Shown: in pieces, positions 57,975-64,000 of the stretch | Numbering within the stretch: the first letter of the stretch is position 1 | How the letters are laid out: each line of letters starts with the position of its first letter | NCBI GenBank assembly: GCA_043817155.1 | Contig: JBDRHE010000072.1 | Span: 1,345-65,344 of the forward strand | Length of the DNA stretch: 64,000 nucleotides | Reading direction: 5' to 3' | Source of the DNA: Candidatus Omnitrophota bacterium | GTDB lineage: Bacteria > Omnitrophota > Gorgyraeia > JABMRN01 > RBG-13-46-9 | The notes under the pieces: model-generated | What the model saw: the letters and a program-made list of their open reading frames with translations, nothing else | Databases searched by the model: none | What the model was told of the DNA's origin: nothing | Translations under genes and position numbers: made by a program

Positions 57975-58026
57975 TTGACAAAAGCCGAATTATAGTATAT
58001 AATTGATAATGGAAACCGTTATCAAT
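57975..58026 (+). promoter_or_regulatory. Consensus sigma70 promoter with Fur box
   Basis: TTGACA-17-TATAAT; GATAATGGAAACCGTTATC (58005-58023) matches classic 19-bp Fur box at 15/19. Confidence 0.85.
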
Positions 58027-58038
58027 AGGAGATGCGAA

Positions 58039-58509
58039 ATGCCCAGACGAGACGGAACAGGGCCACCATGGTGGCATGGAAGATTTAGGGGATGTGGCTA
58101 CAGGATGACTGTGCCGAGGCAGGCTATATTAGATGTATTATGCAGAACATCCAAGCATCTAAGCGCTGAGGATGTATATATGGCTGTTCATAAGGTCTAT
58201 CCCAATGTCGGCCTTACTACGATCTATCGTACTTTAGAATTATTGGTCCAGATGGGACTTGTTTTTAAGTTCGATTTCGGTGATGGAAGAGCACGCTATG
58301 AGTTATCAGAAGGACCAAAGGGAGCCAGGCATCACCATCATTTAGTCTGCACAAGCTGTGGCAGAGCCATTGATTATACAGATTTCATAGATGAAGAAGT
58401 AGAATTGCTTAACCAAACCGAAAAAGGACTCTCAAAAAAGTACAATTTCAAAATTACAAATCATCTCATCCAGTTCTATGGGCAATGCGATAGGTGTAAG
58501 AAGGGATAA
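58039..58509 (+). CDS. Second Fur family regulator
   Basis: RMT.PR, HLSAED, TTIYRTL, HHHHLVC..C, C..C; AGGAG RBS. Confidence 0.9.
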   Translation: MPRRDGTGPPWWHGRFRGCGYRMTVPRQAILDVLCRTSKHLSAEDVYMAVHKVYPNVGLTTIYRTLELLVQMGLVFKFDFGDGRARYELSEGPKGARHHHHLVCTSCGRAIDYTDFIDEEVELLNQTEKGLSKKYNFKITNHLIQFYGQCDRCKKG

Positions 58510-58521
58510 ATTTTTTTTCAA

Positions 58522-58548
58522 TGTAAATGACAATGATTGTCATTTACA
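58522..58548. promoter_or_regulatory. Perfect 13-1-13 palindrome, Fur-box-like operator
   Basis: TGTAAATGACAAT-G-ATTGTCATTTACA; core resembles TGATAAT-N-ATTATCA. Confidence 0.7.
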
Positions 58549-58565
58549 AAAAAAAGGTGATTAAT

Positions 58566-58850
58566 ATGCCAGGTGGAGACGGAACTGGCCCTATTGGAAT
58601 GGGGCCGATGACAGGTGGTGGTAGAGGCCATTGTGCTGTTTCGGTTGGAAGAACGCGGAATCGTACTTTTGCCGGGAGATCTTTTGGTGGAGGCAGACGT
58701 CGAGGCTGCGCCGGCCTGCCGACTTGGATGCGATTTAATCAAATGCAGGCAGAAGAAGAGCTTGAAACGCTTAAAGCATATGCGGGTGACATGAAACAAG
58801 AACTCGCGAATATAGAAGAGCGCATAGAAACTCTGCAAAAGTCAAAATGA
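58566..58850 (+). CDS. DUF5320-like Gly/Arg-rich protein with coiled-coil tail
   Basis: MPGGDGTGP.G.GPMTGGGRG.C. Confidence 0.8.
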   Translation: MPGGDGTGPIGMGPMTGGGRGHCAVSVGRTRNRTFAGRSFGGGRRRGCAGLPTWMRFNQMQAEEELETLKAYAGDMKQELANIEERIETLQKSK

Positions 58851-58884
58851 GAAAGTAAATAAGAAAGAGATACACACGATATAA

Positions 58885-59259
58885 ATGGAGGAACTGATGA
58901 AACTAGGGATAACTCTGGAAGATGAGAGAGGCATAGATGGCAATGTATCGCTTCATTTCGGGCAATGCAAATATTTTCTCATTGCGGACATAGAAGGCAA
59001 AAAGGTTGCGTGTTCAAAGGTTGTGCCTAATACAGCTGTGCATGGTGGTGGAGGATGTGTTGCAGTGGATGAGATTCTAAAACACAATATTACCCATGTT
59101 ATATCAGGCGGTATGGGTATGGGCGCCCAGAATAAATTTGCTCAAGCAGGCGTTAAGGTTTTTGGATATTCTGGCAAGGTAAAAGACGCGGTAGACGCGC
59201 TTATTAAGAATAATCTAGGCGGATTAGATGCTTGTCATCAGCATGGAGAGTGTAGTTAA
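58885..59259 (+). CDS. NifB/NifX family (dinitrogenase Fe-Mo cofactor-like) protein
   Basis: HFGQC.YF, GGMG..A. Confidence 0.88.
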   Translation: MEELMKLGITLEDERGIDGNVSLHFGQCKYFLIADIEGKKVACSKVVPNTAVHGGGGCVAVDEILKHNITHVISGGMGMGAQNKFAQAGVKVFGYSGKVKDAVDALIKNNLGGLDACHQHGECS

Positions 59260-59271
59260 AAAAAGGAGATA

Positions 59272-59652
59272 ATGATGAAAGTTTGTGTTACCTCAGAAGG
59301 AAATGCTTTAGATGCCAAGGTTGATCAGCGTTTTGGAAGATGCCAGTATTTCATATTTGTTGATACAGAGACCTTAGAATTTGAGGCAATTGAAAACCCT
59401 AACATTAGTGCTTCTGGCGGTGCCGGTATTCAAGCAGCTCAACTTGTTGCACAGGAGGAAGTAAAGGCAATTTTGACCGGCAATGTGGGTCCAAATGCCT
59501 TTCAAACGTTACAAGCAGCAGGGATCGGTGTGATTACCGGAGCATCCGGTACTGTTAAAGATGTGATAGAGAAGTACAAAAAGAGTGAATTTAAGCCAAC
59601 CCAGGGTCCAAGTGTAAATTCGAAATTCGGCATACCCGGAAAAGAAAAGTAA
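59272..59652 (+). CDS. NifB/NifX family protein (ORP-like)
   Basis: RFGRC.YF, GGAGIQAAQ, TGNVGPNA. Confidence 0.9.
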   Translation: MMKVCVTSEGNALDAKVDQRFGRCQYFIFVDTETLEFEAIENPNISASGGAGIQAAQLVAQEEVKAILTGNVGPNAFQTLQAAGIGVITGASGTVKDVIEKYKKSEFKPTQGPSVNSKFGIPGKEK

Positions 59653-59666
59653 GGGAGGATCATAAG

Positions 59667-59891
59667 ATGCCATTTAAAGACGCAGCGGGACCAATCGGTC
59701 AGGGTCCAGGTCAAGGTCGAGGCATGGGTAGAGGAGGTAGGCGAAGCAGAGGTCGTCACATTGCGCCTGGCGCAGGACCCGGGGGATATTGTGTCTGCCC
59801 AAGATGTGGCACAAAGATTTCTCATCAGGCCGGGGCACCATGCGGTTCTTTAAATTGTTCAAAATGTGGAAGTCGAATGGCGCGGGAGTAA
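59667..59891 (+). CDS. DUF5320-like Gly-rich protein with zinc ribbon
   Basis: MPFKDAAGP..GRG; C.CP.CG...H..G.PC...C.KCG. Confidence 0.75.
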   Translation: MPFKDAAGPIGQGPGQGRGMGRGGRRSRGRHIAPGAGPGGYCVCPRCGTKISHQAGAPCGSLNCSKCGSRMARE

Positions 59892-59894
59892 TTC

Positions 59895-60503
59895 TTGGAA
59901 GAGCAATTATCAGAAAACCATAAAAGATATTTAGAGAGAATAAATTTTTACAAAGATTTTGGTTATGATGTTGAAGAAGAGAGAAAATTTATCTTAGAAA
60001 AGTCATGCCCTCTCTATGGAGATATAGTAGAGGTAGGAACGGGCAAGGGATATTTCACTGTTGAACTTGCCAAAGAAGGATACAACTTTACCACTATAGA
60101 TATTTCAGATGAAGAGCAGGAATTTGCCAGACTTAATATAAGATATTTCGGCCTTGAAAAACTTGTAGATTTTAGAATAGAGAACGCCGAGTACTTGAGT
60201 TTTGATAATTCCAGCTTCGATATAATATTTTCTATTAATACAATTCATCATCTTACCAATCCGGCTAAGGTAACAGAAGAGCTGATAAGGATAGTTACTC
60301 TTGAAGGAAAGATAATTTTAAGCGATTTCACCGAAGACGGTTTAAAAATTATAAATAAAATTCATGCAACTGAAGGACGAGTGCATGAAGCCGGTCAAAC
60401 AAGTTTATCAGAAGTAGGTAATTATTTAGAGCAGAGAAGATTCGGTATGCAAAAGCATAAAAGCAGGTTTCAGGAGATACTTATCGCATATCGCCAAAGG
60501 TGA
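59895..60503 (+). CDS. Class I SAM-dependent methyltransferase
   Basis: EVGTGKG, ENAE.L.F...SFD, IHH; stop codon donated by family C element. Confidence 0.85.
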   Translation: MEEQLSENHKRYLERINFYKDFGYDVEEERKFILEKSCPLYGDIVEVGTGKGYFTVELAKEGYNFTTIDISDEEQEFARLNIRYFGLEKLVDFRIENAEYLSFDNSSFDIIFSINTIHHLTNPAKVTEELIRIVTLEGKIILSDFTEDGLKIINKIHATEGRVHEAGQTSLSEVGNYLEQRRFGMQKHKSRFQEILIAYRQR

Positions 60504-60552
60504 TATGTGTTTTTGATGGAGGGGGGCCCGGACTTTAGTCCGGGGGCTCCAC
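60491..60552 (+). repeat. Family C partial element
   Basis: Matches 3' half of 2431-2545. Confidence 0.85.
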
Positions 60553-60557
60553 TAGTT

Positions 60558-61394
60558 ATGATTATATCAATTGCCAGCGGAAAAGGCGGAACAGGAAAAA
60601 CCACAGTTGCTACAAGTCTCGCCCTCTCCATAAATAGCGGTATTCAGCTTTTGGACTGTGATGTAGAAGAGCCCAACGCCCATATATTCCTAAAACCTAA
60701 AATTCAACAAAGCAAAACCGTATATATCCCCGTACCTAAAATAGACGAATCTAAATGTACCTTTTGCGGGAGATGTGCGGAAGTTTGCACTTATAATGCT
60801 CTTGCCGTACTGAAAGAGAAAGTTTTAACGTTCCCGCATCTATGCCACGGCTGTGGAGGGTGTAATCTTTTTTGTCCCCAGAAAGCGATTACAGAAGGCG
60901 ATAAAAAAATAGGTGTCGTAGAGATTGGCAATTCATCTCACGTGCAATTTGTGCATGGAAGATTAAATATTGGTGAAGTAATGTCGCCCCCCCTGATTAG
61001 AGCGGTTAAAGAGTATATCAACCCAACCAGATCCGTTATTGTAGACGCTCCTCCGGGTACATCCTGTCCTGTTATCGAATCGGTTAAGGGAAGCGACTTT
61101 TGTATATTAGTTACCGAGCCAACACCTTTTGGTTTAAATGATCTAATATTGGCTGTTGAGGTCTTGAAAAAATTAACTATACCTTTCGGGATAGCGGTCA
61201 ATAGGGCTGATATCGGAGATAGCAGCCTAGACGATTATTGCGAGAAAGAGAATATTCCTATACTAATGCGGATACCTTTTAAAAAGAAAATAGCTTTTGC
61301 CTATTCAAAAGGGCTTGCTCTTGTTAGTGAATTTCCAGAATATAAGAAGGAATTTATTCGAGTTTATAAAGAAATTTCAGAAAGAATAAGATGA
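60558..61394 (+). CDS. MinD-superfamily P-loop ATPase with inserted 2x[4Fe-4S] ferredoxin
   Basis: SGKGGTGKT, DCDVEEPN, C..CG.C...C, CHGCGGC, DAPPGTSCP, EPTPFG. Confidence 0.9.
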   Translation: MIISIASGKGGTGKTTVATSLALSINSGIQLLDCDVEEPNAHIFLKPKIQQSKTVYIPVPKIDESKCTFCGRCAEVCTYNALAVLKEKVLTFPHLCHGCGGCNLFCPQKAITEGDKKIGVVEIGNSSHVQFVHGRLNIGEVMSPPLIRAVKEYINPTRSVIVDAPPGTSCPVIESVKGSDFCILVTEPTPFGLNDLILAVEVLKKLTIPFGIAVNRADIGDSSLDDYCEKENIPILMRIPFKKKIAFAYSKGLALVSEFPEYKKEFIRVYKEISERIR

Positions 61395-62236
61395 AGCAAA
61401 TAGTAGTAATCAGCGGAAAGGGTGGTACGGGTAAGACTGTGTTAACAGCATCATTTGCTGCTTTGGCGAAAAACGCTAGTTTCGCAGACTGTGATGTAGA
61501 TGCGCCTGATCTGCATTTATTATTAAAACCGGAAATAAAGGAAAAGCATGAATTTAGAAGCGGAAAGACGGCAAAGATAGATAAGAGACTCTGCCAGGAA
61601 TGCGGTAAATGTATTGATATATGCAGGTTTGATGCGTTACGTAAAGATTTTACAATAGATTCTATTTCCTGTGAAGGCTGTGCTGTTTGTAGTCGCGTAT
61701 GTCCAACTAATGCAATCACCATGGAAGAGAATCTATCGGGAGAATGGTTTATTTCAGAAACAAAATATGGCCCCATGGTACACGCAAGGCTTGGCATCGC
61801 TGAGGAAAACTCGGGTAAGCTTGTAACGTTAGTGAGGCAAAATGCGAAGAAAATCGCGGAAGAAAGAAATAAAGACTATTGTATTATTGATGGGCCTCCG
61901 GGAATTGGATGTCCGGTGATCGCTTCATTAGCCAATGTAGATCTAGCCTTGATAGTTACAGAACCCACCCTGTCGGGTATCCATGATATGGAACGGGTCG
62001 CCGATGTTACTAAGCACTTTAGCATCAATACAAAGGTCGTAATAAATAAGTACGATATTAATTTTAAAAACGCCCAGGATATTAGAAAAATATGCCAAGT
62101 CAGGAAAGTAGAAGTTGTGGCCGAGTTGCCCTTTTCTGAAAATGTAACCAGGTCGGTAGTGCGAGGTATGCCCATTGTTGAATTCTGCAATGACCAAATA
62201 GCAAAGGATATAGTTGCTTTATGGAAGAAGATTTAG
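61391..62236 (+). CDS. Second MinD-superfamily P-loop ATPase with ferredoxin domain
   Basis: SGKGGTGKT, DCDVDAPD, CEGC..C, ENSGKLV, DGPPGIGCP. Confidence 0.9.
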   Translation: MKQIVVISGKGGTGKTVLTASFAALAKNASFADCDVDAPDLHLLLKPEIKEKHEFRSGKTAKIDKRLCQECGKCIDICRFDALRKDFTIDSISCEGCAVCSRVCPTNAITMEENLSGEWFISETKYGPMVHARLGIAEENSGKLVTLVRQNAKKIAEERNKDYCIIDGPPGIGCPVIASLANVDLALIVTEPTLSGIHDMERVADVTKHFSINTKVVINKYDINFKNAQDIRKICQVRKVEVVAELPFSENVTRSVVRGMPIVEFCNDQIAKDIVALWKKI

Positions 62237-62601
62237 TTGCTTATCCAGAACATATTATAGCGCTTGCTAAGGACTCCACACACTTTGGAAGAATGAATGA
62301 TCCTACGAGTGCAGCAATCATTAAAGGGCCTTGCGGCGATGAAATGGAATTTTATCTTGTTATTAAGGACAGGATTATTGAGGATATAAAATTTTACACT
62401 AAAGGATGCTTAGCTACAATCGTCTGCGGCTCTATGACCGCACAGTTAGCATTAGGAAAATCTATTGACGAAGTACTGGGGATTTCTCCCAAAGAGGTTG
62501 TTGATGCCTTGAGTGGTTTATCAGAAGATCACTGTCACTGCTCTATTTTGGCTGTCAGTGCCATTTATAGGGCCATTGCGGATTACCTACTTAAGAAATG
62601 A
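62221..62601 (+). CDS. NifU/IscU-type Fe-S scaffold protein
   Basis: GPCGD.M, GC, HCS.LA. Confidence 0.85.
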   Translation: MEEDLVAYPEHIIALAKDSTHFGRMNDPTSAAIIKGPCGDEMEFYLVIKDRIIEDIKFYTKGCLATIVCGSMTAQLALGKSIDEVLGISPKEVVDALSGLSEDHCHCSILAVSAIYRAIADYLLKK

Positions 62602-62604
62602 AAC

Positions 62605-63318
62605 ATGCAAATAAAAATACTTTTTGATAGCGTTGCTTTGGATAATAGGTTTTTAACGGGTTGGGGTGTTTCATATTTGATTGATGGTAAGATTTTATTC
62701 GATACAGGGGAGAAATCAAGCTCGTTGCTTAAAAATATGAAAAATATGGATGTAGATATTTCCAATTTGAAAGCAGTGATTATTTCTCATGATCATTGGG
62801 ATCACAGAGGTGGTTTATGGGGAATTTTAAAAAAAAATCCCAAACTGAAAGTTTATATTTGTCCTCGTTTCAGTAAAAGATCCAAGAATAGGATTGTATC
62901 CCATGGAGGTCAATTAATCGAAGTTGATAAATTTACTCAGATATGTAAAAATATATATACTACCGGAGAGATAGGAGGAAAATATAATGGCAAGCACATG
63001 CCGGAACAAGCCTTAGTTTTAAAAACATCAAAAGGTATATCGATTCTTACGGGGTGCGCCCATCCGGGCATAATGAGGATAATTGAAAATGCGAAACAAA
63101 ATATTGCTGGCAATGTTTATCTTGTAATGGGTGGTTTTCATTTGAGAGGAAAGCATAAAAAAACAATCAGTCCCATCGTAAGTAAATTTAAGCAATTGGG
63201 AGTGAAGAAAGCTGCACCTGCTCATTGCACAGGCAGAGGAGCAAAAAGAATCTTTTTGAAGGTTTACAAGCGCAATTTTACTTCGATAAAAACCGGACAG
63301 ATAATAAATATCTGGTAA
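62605..63318 (+). CDS. MBL-fold metallo-hydrolase
   Basis: LFDTG, SHDHWDH.GG, GCAHPG, GGFH, HCTG. Confidence 0.9.
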   Translation: MQIKILFDSVALDNRFLTGWGVSYLIDGKILFDTGEKSSSLLKNMKNMDVDISNLKAVIISHDHWDHRGGLWGILKKNPKLKVYICPRFSKRSKNRIVSHGGQLIEVDKFTQICKNIYTTGEIGGKYNGKHMPEQALVLKTSKGISILTGCAHPGIMRIIENAKQNIAGNVYLVMGGFHLRGKHKKTISPIVSKFKQLGVKKAAPAHCTGRGAKRIFLKVYKRNFTSIKTGQIINIW

Positions 63319-63339
63319 ACTAAAAAAGGGGACGTTATT

Positions 63340-64000
63340 ATGAAATACATAGAGATTGAAAATCTTAGCGTTAGTTATGCCGGTAAACGTATGAAAAGAG
63401 CCCTGCGAGGTCTCAATCTCACTGTAAATAAAGGACATATTTATGGCTTTCTCGGTCCTAACGGAGCAGGGAAAACCACGGCCATTAAAACAATGATAGG
63501 ATTAATTCCGGAATACGAAGGCAAGGTGCTAATATTTGGCGGAGCTCCTACTGAGTTATCGGGCAAATATAAAATGGGATTTATGCCTGAAATAGCGAAC
63601 TACTATTGGTATCTTACGCCAAGGGAATTATTGAAAATGTATGCGCGAATATTCAATATCGATAAAAAAAAGACCGCTACTAAGATTGAAGAATTGCTTA
63701 ACTTGGTAGATTTAAACGATGCTGCTGATGATATGCTGAAAACTTTTTCCAAAGGAATGATGCAAAAGGTTAATTTTGCACAAGCGCTTATCAATGATCC
63801 CGAACTGCTTATTCTAGATGAGCCAACAAGCGGGCTAGATCCCCTTTCAAGGATTAAGATGAGAGATGTTATCAAGGAACTCCAACGTAGAGGAAAAACG
63901 ATATTCTTTTCTTCTCATGAATTGTCCGAAGTCGAGATGATCTGTGACAAAGTAGCGATCATAAAAGAAGGTACGTTATTGAGGTCCGGTAAGCTGGAGA
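63340..64000 (+). CDS. ABC transporter ATP-binding protein (3' truncated by window end)
   Basis: GPNGAGKT, FSKGM, LDEPTSGLDP, SSH. Confidence 0.9.
   Translation, partial: MKYIEIENLSVSYAGKRMKRALRGLNLTVNKGHIYGFLGPNGAGKTTAIKTMIGLIPEYEGKVLIFGGAPTELSGKYKMGFMPEIANYYWYLTPRELLKMYARIFNIDKKKTATKIEELLNLVDLNDAADDMLKTFSKGMMQKVNFAQALINDPELLILDEPTSGLDPLSRIKMRDVIKELQRRGKTIFFSSHELSEVEMICDKVAIIKEGTLLRSGKLE

Noticed and set aside
58511-58555. Intrinsic terminator after second fur
   Set aside because: AT-rich stem followed by an A-run on both strands; fits an operator better
23999-60557. Long N-terminal extensions in the ORF track for cooC, NuoE-like, HPS, bioC and the first ATPase
   Set aside because: A better downstream start exists in each case (24062, 27420, 41514, 49476, 60558); the extensions are upstream repeat sequence

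Overview
Core chromosomal segment of an anaerobic Gram-negative bacterium. Gene content and style suggest PVC/Omnitrophota-like, which is inference only. From 5975 onward all credible genes are on the + strand. The centre (16.6-44 kb) is a near-complete Wood-Ljungdahl/C1 cluster: purH, folE, a miniature MesB-like methionine synthase, fhs, fchA, metF, folD, cooC, cooS, cooF, a NuoE/F/G-like (HydCBA/Bfu-type) module with no catalytic hydrogenase or FDH domain, acsB, acsC, acsV, acsF, acsD, acsE, yjbQ, an HPS-RraA fusion and a Pta N-terminal-like protein. The most striking feature is a 459-aa LAGLIDADG intein inserted in acsB immediately before the first Cys of the Ni-binding Cys-Gly-Cys A-cluster motif. 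Flanking regions carry lptFG, comF, a Na/Pi transporter with phoU, glgC, rpe, mnmG, a biotin operon with a BirA-type operator, a Fur-boxed split feoB operon and an AT-richer Fur-boxed ORP-like (NifX/NifB plus Fe-S ATPase) operon. Most of the larger intergenic spacers are filled with short palindromic repeats from several families. These are often nested inside each other and sometimes translated as part of proteins, and short 7-9-mer tandem repeats also occur. No transposase, tRNA, rRNA or CRISPR array was seen. All annotations come from motif recognition by eye; no database searches were run.
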